This document shows, in pieces, positions 45,307 through 54,967 of a DNA stretch of 64,000 nucleotides. A program made the position numbers and the translations under genes. The notes beneath the pieces were generated by a model. The model made no database searches. It was not told where the DNA came from and worked only from the letters and a program-made list of their open reading frames with translations. Positions within the stretch are counted from its first letter, which is position 1. The number at the start of each line of letters is the position of its first letter. Source of the DNA: an uncultured Phycisphaerales bacterium (GTDB taxonomy: Bacteria; Planctomycetota; Phycisphaerae; Tepidisphaerales; Tepidisphaeraceae); assembly GCA_963792535.1 (NCBI GenBank), contig CAWBWQ010000001.1:1-64000 (forward strand). The letters run 5' to 3'.

Positions 45307-46425
45307 ATGAGCAAACGTGTTTTAATCACTGGCGGGGCTGGATTCATTGGTTCACATCTGGGTGACCTGCTGTTGGCCAATGGGTACCGAGTGCGGGTGC
45401 TTGATAACCTGAGCCCGCAGGTGCACGGGCCGGATCAGTACCGGCCTGATTACCTGCCGGATGATGTGGAGTTGATCATCGGCGATGTGCGGGATCCGCA
45501 AATTGTTCGCCGATCGCTGGCGGGTGTGGATGCGGTTGTGCATCTGGCGGCGGCGGTGGGTGTCGGTCAGAGCATGTACCAGATCGCTGAGTACACCTCG
45601 CAGAATAATATGGGAACTGCGGTGCTGCTCGAAGCACTTTCGCAGCGGCCGGTCGAGCGGCTGGTGGTCGCTTCCAGCATGAGCATTTATGGGGAAGGAT
45701 TATATCGGGGCGGCGATGACACGATCGTTGCGGGTGAAGATCGTACGGTAGAGCAACTGCGTAATCATGAATGGGAAGTGCGTGATGATCGCGGCCAGGG
45801 GCTGCGCCCGGTGCCCACGCCGGAGACGAAGCAGCCTTCGCTGGCGAGTGTGTACGCGTTGTCTAAATTCGATCAAGAGCGAATGTGCCTCATGATCGGC
45901 CGCGCGTACAGCATTCCAACAGTAGCCCTGCGATTCTTCAACGTGTTTGGTCCGCGGCAATCGTTGAACAATCCGTATACGGGAGTGTTGGCGATCTTCG
46001 CGTCGCGGCTGCTGAACGACCGCGCTCCCATCATCTTCGAAGATGGATTGCAGCAGCGTGACTTTGTCAGCGTGTATGACATTGCGCGGGCGTGCCAATT
46101 GGCGCTGGAAACAACTGAAGCGGTGGGGCACGCAGTGAACATTGGCAGTGGTGAACCGCACGCCGTTCGCGATGTTGCCGGCATGGTCGCCGGTGCGCTG
46201 GGTAAAGAGCATCTCGAAGCAGAGATCTCGGGCAAGTACCGCGTCGGCGATATCCGCCACTGCTTTGCTGACATCAGCCTTGCCCGCCGACTGCTTGGCT
46301 ATGCACCGAGTGTTTCGCTGCGCGAAGGCGTTGTTGAATTAGGTCAGTGGCTCGAAGGACACCACGCTCTCGATCAAGTCGACCTGGCCAACCGTGAACT
46401 CACCTCACGCGGGTTGGCGATCTAA
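45307..46425 (+). CDS. NAD-dependent epimerase/dehydratase
   Basis: Motifs TGGAGFIG, ASSMSIYGEG, YALSK and RFFNVFG. Confidence 0.92.
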   Translation: MSKRVLITGGAGFIGSHLGDLLLANGYRVRVLDNLSPQVHGPDQYRPDYLPDDVELIIGDVRDPQIVRRSLAGVDAVVHLAAAVGVGQSMYQIAEYTSQNNMGTAVLLEALSQRPVERLVVASSMSIYGEGLYRGGDDTIVAGEDRTVEQLRNHEWEVRDDRGQGLRPVPTPETKQPSLASVYALSKFDQERMCLMIGRAYSIPTVALRFFNVFGPRQSLNNPYTGVLAIFASRLLNDRAPIIFEDGLQQRDFVSVYDIARACQLALETTEAVGHAVNIGSGEPHAVRDVAGMVAGALGKEHLEAEISGKYRVGDIRHCFADISLARRLLGYAPSVSLREGVVELGQWLEGHHALDQVDLANRELTSRGLAI

Positions 46426-46451
46426 TCGCATCTGCTTTTCACGAGACGGCC

Positions 46452-48597
46452 ATGAAACACAATTCACACAACCGAAAGACTGTTACCGCACGCAGCAGTC
46501 GCGAGGCAATCCCTCCTGCAGGTGACAAGCTTGGCATGATGGAATGGTTTCGCATCGGCGACCACGATCGGATTGACCAGGTTCTGGACGATCTGAAAAA
46601 GCTGGGGATCAGTCATATCCGCACGGGTATTTCCTGGGCAGATGCCTGCACCCCTGAAGGCGAAGCGTGGTACGCGTGGATGCTTCCGCAGCTTGCCCGA
46701 CAGGTGAATGTGCTGCCGTGCTTTGTCGACACGCCGCCGGGTTGGGGAGTTGCGCCAAAGACCAGTGCGCCGCCGGGCAATCTGAAAAGCTATGCTGATT
46801 TTCTGGACGTGCTGATCACGCGGTTTGGCCGGCATTTTGAATGGATCGAGCTTTGGAATGAGCCAAACGATCCGCGTAAATGGGATGCTGAGCTTGATCC
46901 GTATTGGATCAAGTTTACCGAAATGATCGGCAATGCTGCCTACTGGGCGCGGCGTCGTGGGAAGAAAACAGTTCTGGGCGGTATGCGGCCCATCGATCCT
47001 AATTGGCTTCGATTGATGGGCGATCGAAATCTTTTGCAATACATCGACGCCGTGGGCATTCATGCCTTTCCCAGCATGGACAATTCGCCGAAGGAACATT
47101 GGTCGCAGCAGATCCAGCCGGTGCGCGAAGTGCTGGAGCAGTTTAATCCCAAGGGTCAGATCTGGATTACCGAAACCGGTTACTCCACTTGGCGGCATGA
47201 TGAGCGCCGGCAATTGGCGGCATTTGTCGACGCGCTCAGCGCGCCGGCTGATCGCGTGTACTGGTACAGCCTGCGGGACCTGGATCCTCGCCTTGCCACC
47301 GTCGAAGGATTTCATGCCGATGAACGCGATTATAATTTCGGTCTGAAACGTGCCGATGGAGGCGACAAACTGCTCCACCGTCTCTGGTCCGACGGCGGGC
47401 TTGATGCGGTGCGGGATGCTTATTGGCTCGGTAAATCCGCATACGTGTCGGGCACTGATAAGCCGGTGCTGATCACCGGTGGCAGCGGATTCATTGGCAC
47501 CAATGTGGCCGATCGCATCATGTCCAGCGGGCAAAGTGTGCTCATCTACGACAACCTTTCCCGGCCAGGCGTTGAGCGGAACCTCACCTGGCTGCGGCAG
47601 CGTCATCGGGATCTGCTGCGGGTTGAAGCTGCCGATGTGCTGGACTCTCACGCCCTTCGCATGGCGGTGAGCCGCGCCAGCCAGGTATTTCACTTTGCCG
47701 CGCAGGTTGCTGTGACGACTTCGCTGGTGAACGCGGTGCATGATTTTGAGGTGAATGCGCGGGGAGCATTGAATCTGCTCGAAGCAATTCGAGCCCAGGA
47801 CAATCCGCCGCCGCTGATCTTCACCAGTACCAACAAAGTCTATGGACGGCTGGGAGATATTTCGCTTCAGCTGCGCGGGCAGCGGTATGAACCCGCTGAC
47901 GATCGCATTCGCAATTCCGGCATCAGTGAAGCACGTGTACTGGATTTCCACAGCCCCTACGGCTGCTCCAAGGGATGCGCCGATCAGTATGTGATCGACT
48001 ATGCCCGAACGTTTGATTTGCCAGCTCTGGTCTTCCGCATGAGCTGCATCTACGGCCCGCATCAGTGCGGAAACGAAGACCAGGGATGGGTTGCGCATTT
48101 CCTGATCCTGCGCACTGCGCGGCGAACCGATCACGCTGTATGGCGATGGAATGCAGGTCCGCGACATCCTTTTCGCCGACGATTTAGTGAACGCCTTCCT
48201 TCTGGCTCAGGCAAATATGTCGACGCTGCGGGGACAGGCATTCAACATCGGTGGAGGGCCGGCTAATACCATCAGTCTGCTCGAACTGCTCGACATGATC
48301 GAGCAGCTGAATGGCCGGCGCACACAAGTTCAGTTCAGTGCCTGGCGTCCGGGCGATCAACGGTACTACGTATCAGACCCAACCAAAATGCAGCAGATGA
48401 CCGGCTGGTCACCACGGGTGACGGCCCAGGTTGGTGTGCGGCGGTTGCATCACTGGCTCAGCGAAAACGTGATCGGCCGCAAGCCGCAGCGAAGACTTCC
48501 GTCATCTATCTCCGCGCCTGGTGACAGCGCGTGGACTGACACAGTGCTGTCGCCAGATGTGCAAGCCGTCGAAGCGATAAAGGAAGTGACCCAATGA
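46452..48597 (+). CDS. Clan GH-A glycoside hydrolase fused to a CDP-paratose-epimerase-like SDR domain (frameshift ~48110)
   Basis: ELWNEPN and WITETG in the N-terminal domain; TGGSGFIG, STNKVYG and YGCSK in the SDR domain. The C-terminus (GEPITLYGDGMQVRD, WRPGDQ) is in the next frame. Confidence 0.82.
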
Positions 48598-49637
48598 CGG
48601 CAGTCGCCCGCAATACTCTTGCTGCGCCCCCGCGCATGATGCAGGCTGCGGTGCTAACCGCGCCCCGTACCGTTGAGCTGCGTACGGTTCCGCTGCCTGC
48701 ACCGGGACCCGGCCAGATTCGCGTTCGCCTCGAGGGTTGTGGCGTATGCGCATCCAATATCCCGCCGTGGGAGGGCCGGCCCTGGTTTAGCTATCCAATG
48801 GCGCCCGGCGCGTTGGGGCACGAAAGTTGGGGGATTGTGGACGCAACGGGTGTGAACGTAACCAACTTCAAACCGGGCGACCGCATTGCCACCATTTCAC
48901 AGGCTGGATATGCGGAATATGACTTGGCCACTCCGGAGACGGCCGTGCGGTTATCTGATTCGCTGAGCGATCAACCCTTCCCCGCCGAACCACTAGGCTG
49001 CGCGATGAATATCTTCCGTAGAAGCAAAGTCCGCGCGGGAGAGACAGTCGCGATCATCGGTATCGGTTTTCTTGGCGCTTTATTAACACGCCTTGCTAAG
49101 AATGCTGGCGCGCGTGTTATTGCCATTTCGCGGCGGGCAGACTCCCTTGCGTTCGGCCGGCGCATGGGCGCTGATGAGGCGATAACGCTCGATGATCCCC
49201 ATCGCGTTATCAGGGAGGTGGCGGCGCTCACCAGTGGTTCGGGTGGTTATGACGTACAGGGTTTCTGCGACTGCGTGTTTGAATGCGCGGGCTCGCAGAA
49301 CGCGCTTGATCTGGCAGGCGAACTTTGCGGTGTGCGGGGTCGACTGATCGTCGCGGGCTATCACCAGGACGGGGTTCGGCAGATCAACATGCAGGTGTGG
49401 AACTGGCGGGGTTTGGACGTCATTAATGCGCATGAGCGTGATCCGGCTGTATATCGCCGCGGGATGCGCGATGCTGTCGCCGCTGTCGAGTCGGGTCAAC
49501 TCGACCCGCGTCCGTTGTTCACGCATCGGTTCCCACTGTCCAGGTTAAACCAGGCATTGGAGATGACGCATCAACGCCCCGCGGGTTTTGCAAAAGCATT
49601 GATTCTGTTCGATGAACCCGCCGGAGGGTGGCAATGA
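48594..49637 (+). CDS. MDR/zinc-binding dehydrogenase family protein
   Basis: Motifs GVCASN, GHESWG, EPLGC and GIGFLG. Confidence 0.88.
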   Translation: MTAVARNTLAAPPRMMQAAVLTAPRTVELRTVPLPAPGPGQIRVRLEGCGVCASNIPPWEGRPWFSYPMAPGALGHESWGIVDATGVNVTNFKPGDRIATISQAGYAEYDLATPETAVRLSDSLSDQPFPAEPLGCAMNIFRRSKVRAGETVAIIGIGFLGALLTRLAKNAGARVIAISRRADSLAFGRRMGADEAITLDDPHRVIREVAALTSGSGGYDVQGFCDCVFECAGSQNALDLAGELCGVRGRLIVAGYHQDGVRQINMQVWNWRGLDVINAHERDPAVYRRGMRDAVAAVESGQLDPRPLFTHRFPLSRLNQALEMTHQRPAGFAKALILFDEPAGGWQ

Positions 49638-50749
49638 AAGTTCTGCTTACAGCCGACACGATTGGCGGGGTCTGGACCTACGCACTCGACCTTGCGCGCG
49701 GCCTTTCAACCCACGGTGTTGAGATCGCACTGGCGACGATGGGCGCGCCAGTCTCAGACGGCCAGCGAAACCAATTGCGGTCTGTGAAAAACGTCACGCT
49801 ATTCGAAAGTAACTACAAGCTGGAGTGGATGAACGACCCCTGGCGAGACGTGCGATGCAGCGGTGATTGGCTGCTGAAAATCGAAGAACAGCTTCAGCCA
49901 GATCTCGTGCATCTCAACGGTTATTCGCACGGATGCCTGCCGTTTAAGGCACCGAAGCTGGTGGTTGGACATTCGTGCGTGATGTCCTGGTGGCAGGCCT
50001 GCCGCGGCGAACCGGCACCTGTAGAGTGGGATCGATATCGAGAGCAAGCGCACGGCGGTTTGATCGCGGCCGATCTCGTCGTCACGCCTACGCATGCAAT
50101 GCTGGCGCAACTATGCCAACACTATGGTTCCATGGAACACGCGCTTGTGATTCCTAATGGTCGGCACATAGAGCAATACACCGAGTTATGGGAGAAGGAA
50201 CCCTTTGTGCTGGCAGCGGGCCGATTGTGGGACGAAGCTAAGAATCTCGCCACGCTGGACACTGCGGCGAATTCGCTGGACTGGCCGGTTTATGTAGCAG
50301 GTGATCAGCGTCATCCTGATGGTGGAATCGCTTCGTCCAATGCAGTGCGGCTTCTAGGGAGCCTCGACGAGGCAACGCTTGCCGGGTGGTACGGCCGTGC
50401 CGCAGTGTATGCACTGCCGGCTCGTTACGAGCCGTTCGGGCTCTCTATTCTTGAAGCGGCATTATCAGGTTGTGCACTTGTGCTGGGAGACATCCCCAGC
50501 CTGAGAGAGAACTGGGACGGCGCAGCAGAATTCGTGTCTCCTGATGATCCACAACAGCTGCGTGCCGCAATCCAGGGACTAGTGAAAGATTCGGCACGCC
50601 GCCGCGAACTTGCCCAGCGCAGCCTCCACCGCGCGATGCGGTTTAGTCTCACGACCTGCGCAGCCGGATATTTCGCTGCCTACCAGGACATTCTCGATGC
50701 CGCAGCCAGTAGAAAAGAACCCCGGAGCAACTACGCATGCGCATCGTAA
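49634..50749 (+). CDS. GT4 family glycosyltransferase
   Basis: Motifs DTIGGVWTY and PARYEPFGLSILEAA; ATGA overlap with the upstream gene. Confidence 0.9.
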   Translation: MKVLLTADTIGGVWTYALDLARGLSTHGVEIALATMGAPVSDGQRNQLRSVKNVTLFESNYKLEWMNDPWRDVRCSGDWLLKIEEQLQPDLVHLNGYSHGCLPFKAPKLVVGHSCVMSWWQACRGEPAPVEWDRYREQAHGGLIAADLVVTPTHAMLAQLCQHYGSMEHALVIPNGRHIEQYTELWEKEPFVLAAGRLWDEAKNLATLDTAANSLDWPVYVAGDQRHPDGGIASSNAVRLLGSLDEATLAGWYGRAAVYALPARYEPFGLSILEAALSGCALVLGDIPSLRENWDGAAEFVSPDDPQQLRAAIQGLVKDSARRRELAQRSLHRAMRFSLTTCAAGYFAAYQDILDAAASRKEPRSNYACAS

Positions 50750-51885
50750 TGTTTTACCACTCGCTGATTTCGGATTGGAATCATGGCAACGCCCATTTTC
50801 TGCGGGGCGTTGTCTCGGAACTGACATTCCGCGGGCACGATGTGAGAGTGTATGAACCTGCCAACGGATGGAGTGCGCAGAATCTGACCGGTGAATTCGG
50901 TCAGTCACCGATTGATGCTTTTCACGCTGCTTATCCGGGGCTAAACAGCATTCAATACGACTTGCGAACTCTGGATCTGGACGATGTGCTGGAGGATGCC
51001 GACCTGGTTCTCGTGCATGAGTGGAACGATCATGCTCTGGTTCATCGCATCGGCGAACATCGCAAGTTGACAGGCCACTATCAACTGCTGTTTCACGACA
51101 CGCATCATCGTGCAGTAACACAGCCAGCTGAAATGTCGAAATACGACTTGACATGCTACGACGGTGTGCTGGCGTTTGGAAGAGTGCTGCGGGATCTATA
51201 TCTGAAATTGAGATGGACGCGCCGAGCGTGGATCTGGCACGAAGCCGCAGACACGCGGGTTTTTCGCCCGCTGGCGAATCAACCGCCGCAAGGTGATCTG
51301 GTATGGATCGGCAACTGGGGCGATGAAGAACGCACCGCTGAACTGCACAAGTTTATTTTAGATCCCGTGAAGGCGCTGGGTCTACACGCACGCTTCCATG
51401 GCGTCCGCTATCCAGATCATGCGAAGACTGCGCTCAAACAGGCGGGAATTGAATATGCCAACTGGCTTCCAAACTTTAAAGCGCCCCAGGTCTTTGGCGG
51501 TTTTAAGGTGACTGTGCATGTGCCGCGTCGGCCCTATGTGCAGGCGTTGCCGGGTATTCCAACGATCCGCGTATTCGAAGCTTTGGCGTGTGGGATCCCA
51601 TTGATTTGCTCGCCCTGGGATGACGCCGAGAACCTGTTCGACCCCGGGCATGATTTTCTCTATGCCAACAACGAGAGGGAGATGCAGCAGCAGTTGCGCC
51701 GAGTTCTTTATGAACCAGAGTTTGCGCGGCAACTCGCCGCGCATGGGCATCGAACGATTCTCTCGCGGCATACGTGTGCCCATCGTGTGGATGAACTGCT
51801 CAATATCGCCGCGGAGTTAATGGCCGAATCACGGCTGACACGAAAGCCAAATGCTGACAAGGAGAGCCAATGCCTGCCGGTTTAA
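50737..51885 (+). CDS. CgeB-family glycosyltransferase
   Basis: Motifs SDWNHGNAHFLRG, RVFEALACG and HTCAHR. Confidence 0.82.
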   Translation: MRIVMFYHSLISDWNHGNAHFLRGVVSELTFRGHDVRVYEPANGWSAQNLTGEFGQSPIDAFHAAYPGLNSIQYDLRTLDLDDVLEDADLVLVHEWNDHALVHRIGEHRKLTGHYQLLFHDTHHRAVTQPAEMSKYDLTCYDGVLAFGRVLRDLYLKLRWTRRAWIWHEAADTRVFRPLANQPPQGDLVWIGNWGDEERTAELHKFILDPVKALGLHARFHGVRYPDHAKTALKQAGIEYANWLPNFKAPQVFGGFKVTVHVPRRPYVQALPGIPTIRVFEALACGIPLICSPWDDAENLFDPGHDFLYANNEREMQQQLRRVLYEPEFARQLAAHGHRTILSRHTCAHRVDELLNIAAELMAESRLTRKPNADKESQCLPV

Positions 51886-52979
51886 ACGTAGCATTCTTTG
51901 GTTCCAGCCTTATATCAGCTTATTGGAATGGAGCGGCAACCTACTACCGTGGAATCATTCGCGCACTGGCAGAGCGCGGCCATCGCGTGACGTTTTACGA
52001 ATCCGACGCGTACGACCGCCAGAAGCATCGCGATATTCCCAATCCCCCGTGGGCAGAAAGTGTGGTGTATTCTTCAACTGATACTGACCAACTGCAGCGC
52101 TGCCTCGATGAAGCTGCAGATGCAGATTTTATTGTCAAAGCCAGCGGTAACGGAGTGTTTGATGAGTTTCTGGAACAGGCTGTCGCCGATCTAAAAAGGC
52201 CGACGAACATGGTCGCCTTCTGGGATGTGGATGCGCCCGCGACGCTGGATCGATTGCACAGTAATCTGCTTGATAAATTTCATCTACTAATTCCGCAATA
52301 CGATTTGATTCTGACCTACGGCGGTGGTCAGCCGGTTGTTTCTGCTTACCAGGCTTTAGGGGCGCGGCAGTGCGTGCCAATCTACAACGCATTGGACCCC
52401 GCAACCCATCATCCGGTCCAACCTGATAATCGCTTTGCCGCTGATCTGGGCTTCCTCGGAAATCGCCTGCCCGATCGGGAAGCGAGAGTCGAAGAATTCT
52501 TTCTGGATGCAGCTGCAATACTGCCCGGAAAACATTTTCTGCTGGGCGGCAGTGGCTGGCACGATAAGCCGATGCCTGCGAACATTGCTTACGTAGGTCA
52601 CGTCTACACGCAGAATCACAATGCGTTTAACAGTACGCCCACGGCGCTGCTGAACATCAGTCGCGACAGCATGGCCCGTTATGGATTCTCGCCTGCCACG
52701 CGCGTGTTTGAAGCCGCCGGCGCGGCCGCTTGTGTCATTACCGATAATTTCGTCGGTATAGACGAATTCTTCGAGCCTGAAAAGGAGATCCTAGTTGCCC
52801 GCAGTGGCGCTGAGGTTGCAACCTCTGTGGCATCTTTGACCAAGGCAAAAGCAAGGGTCATCGGCCAGGCTGCTCTACGTCGCGCTTTGACGGATCACAC
52901 GTATGCCCATCGCGCCAGGCTTCTGGAGGAAGTGCTGGGTGCAACCCATCTTCAACCCGTGTTCACTTCACATGCTTAA
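51870..52979 (+). CDS. CgeB-family glycosyltransferase
   Basis: Motifs SAYWNGAATYYRG, SPATRVFEAAG and HTYAHRA. Confidence 0.82.
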   Translation: MPAGLNVAFFGSSLISAYWNGAATYYRGIIRALAERGHRVTFYESDAYDRQKHRDIPNPPWAESVVYSSTDTDQLQRCLDEAADADFIVKASGNGVFDEFLEQAVADLKRPTNMVAFWDVDAPATLDRLHSNLLDKFHLLIPQYDLILTYGGGQPVVSAYQALGARQCVPIYNALDPATHHPVQPDNRFAADLGFLGNRLPDREARVEEFFLDAAAILPGKHFLLGGSGWHDKPMPANIAYVGHVYTQNHNAFNSTPTALLNISRDSMARYGFSPATRVFEAAGAAACVITDNFVGIDEFFEPEKEILVARSGAEVATSVASLTKAKARVIGQAALRRALTDHTYAHRARLLEEVLGATHLQPVFTSHA

Positions 52980-54105
52980 CCCGATCCAAAGCAGCAACGA
53001 TCGTGCGCGGACGCCATTGAACATCGTCATCATTGGCCTGACGATCACTTCTTCATGGGGCAACGGTCATGCAACCACCTACCGCGGCTTGGTCCGCGGG
53101 TTGGTAGAGCGTGGACATGAGGTCCTTTTCCTCGAGCATAATAAGCCATGGTATGCGGATAACCGCGACTTAGCTGATCCACCCTATGGACGGACCGAAC
53201 AGTACACCACCGTTGAGGATCTGAAACACCGATTCGCTGATGCCATCAAGTCCGCGGATCTGGTCATCGTTGGCTCTTATGTAGTGCAGGGCGTTGAGGT
53301 AGGCGATTGGGTCACTGGTGTTGCAACCGGTATCACCGCATTTTACGACATCGACACGCCGGTAACATTAGCCAAGCTTCGGCGCGGTGATTATGAGTAT
53401 CTCACCCCTGAACTGATTCCCAGATATAGCCTGTATCTTTCTTTTACCGGCGGTCCAACGCTGCAACGCATTGAGCGCGACTACAGATCGCCGCGCGCAT
53501 TACCGCTGTATTGCAGTGTTGATCCGAAACTCTATTTTCCGGAACCACCATCGACCATGACATGGGACCTGGGTTACCTGGGAACCTACAGCGACGACCG
53601 CCAGCCAACATTAAACGAACTGATGATGCGACCCGCCCGATTGGTTGCGCACTTGAGCTGCGTCGTCGCGGGTCCGCAGTATCCCGCGACGATCGACTGG
53701 CCAAACAATGTAAAGCGGATCGAGCACCTTTCGCCTTGCGAACATCGCCGGTTTTACAATCGCCAGCGTTTCACGCTCAACGTCACCAGATCCGACATGA
53801 TAGCCGCCGGCTTTAGCCCGAGTGTGCGCCTCTTTGAAGCGGCAGCGTGCGGCGTCCCTATCATCAGCGACTGGTGGGAAGGACTCGATACGCTGCTGAT
53901 TCCCGATGAAGAAATTTTGATCGCCCGCACCACGTCCGACGTGCTGCGCCACCTCGCGCAGATCGACGAGAACAAACGCCAGGCAATCGGCGCACGTGCG
54001 CGAAAGAGGATTCTTTCTGCTCACACTTCAACCCATCGTGCCAGAGAGTTGGAGCAGTATGCGCTGGATGCTTTAGGCTCACTCAAGCAAGGATTGCTGA
54101 TATGA
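52972..54105 (+). CDS. CgeB-family glycosyltransferase
   Basis: Motifs SSWGNGHATTYRG, SPSVRLFEAAACG and HTSTHRA. Confidence 0.82.
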   Translation: MLNPIQSSNDRARTPLNIVIIGLTITSSWGNGHATTYRGLVRGLVERGHEVLFLEHNKPWYADNRDLADPPYGRTEQYTTVEDLKHRFADAIKSADLVIVGSYVVQGVEVGDWVTGVATGITAFYDIDTPVTLAKLRRGDYEYLTPELIPRYSLYLSFTGGPTLQRIERDYRSPRALPLYCSVDPKLYFPEPPSTMTWDLGYLGTYSDDRQPTLNELMMRPARLVAHLSCVVAGPQYPATIDWPNNVKRIEHLSPCEHRRFYNRQRFTLNVTRSDMIAAGFSPSVRLFEAAACGVPIISDWWEGLDTLLIPDEEILIARTTSDVLRHLAQIDENKRQAIGARARKRILSAHTSTHRARELEQYALDALGSLKQGLLI

Positions 54106-54932
54106 CCACCGCCGCCATGCCCGCAGCACAACCTCATGCAATACAGGAGCATATTGACCGGCTCGGCCCGTGGTTTCACAACCTGCACCTGCCTGATGGA
54201 ACTCAAACCTGCCCCGATCATTGGCTGGGGGATTTTCCATCCTTTAAGTGGCAGCAACTCGCACCGCATCTCCCGGACGATTTAACCGGTTGGCGAGCTC
54301 TGGATATCGGCTGCAATGCAGGTTTCTATGCGTTTGAACTGGCAAAGCGCAGCGCGCACGTGCTGGGTATCGACGCTGATGAACGCTATCTAACGCAGGC
54401 CCGCTGGGCAGCGGAGCATTTTAACCTGCAACGGCAGGTACGCTTCGATCGCATGCAGGTTTATGACCTGGCTCAGCTGGATGAAAAGTTCGATCTCGTG
54501 CTTTTCATGGGGGTGTTCTATCACCTGCGCTATCCGATGCTCGGACTGGATCTGGTGTGTCAGCATGTGAATCGCTTGATGGTCTTCCAGACGCTGACGA
54601 TGCCGGGTGATGAAGTGTTTGAGCAAACATTTGATCGTAAGTTCACCGCTGACGACCGAGATCGGAAGCTGATGCTTGAGCCGGGTTGGCCCAAGCTTGC
54701 GTTTTTGGAGCATGGCTTCAGCGGTGATCCGACCAACTGGTGGTGCGCAAACCATGCGGGCGTCCAGGCAATGCTGAGATCGGCGGGAATGAAAATTACG
54801 GGAAATCCCGGGCATGAAATTTACTTATGCGAACCGGATACGCAGCGGCCGTCGTCTGTCGCAACCTGGAATAAGGCCGAACTGCTGGCAGCTACCGGAC
54901 GACCACGGCAAAGGGTCGCGGATAATCGCTGA
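54102..54932 (+). CDS. SAM-dependent methyltransferase (TIGR04290-like)
   Basis: Motifs LGPWFHNLHL, LDIGCNAGFY, MGVFYHLRYP and DPTNWW. Confidence 0.82.
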   Translation: MTTAAMPAAQPHAIQEHIDRLGPWFHNLHLPDGTQTCPDHWLGDFPSFKWQQLAPHLPDDLTGWRALDIGCNAGFYAFELAKRSAHVLGIDADERYLTQARWAAEHFNLQRQVRFDRMQVYDLAQLDEKFDLVLFMGVFYHLRYPMLGLDLVCQHVNRLMVFQTLTMPGDEVFEQTFDRKFTADDRDRKLMLEPGWPKLAFLEHGFSGDPTNWWCANHAGVQAMLRSAGMKITGNPGHEIYLCEPDTQRPSSVATWNKAELLAATGRPRQRVADNR

Positions 54933-54967
54933 TTCTGGTTGCGAACATTCATCGGGGAAATCTTCGC

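Noticed and set aside
46464..48167. 567-aa minus-strand ORF
   Set aside because: Antisense shadow of the GH-SDR gene.
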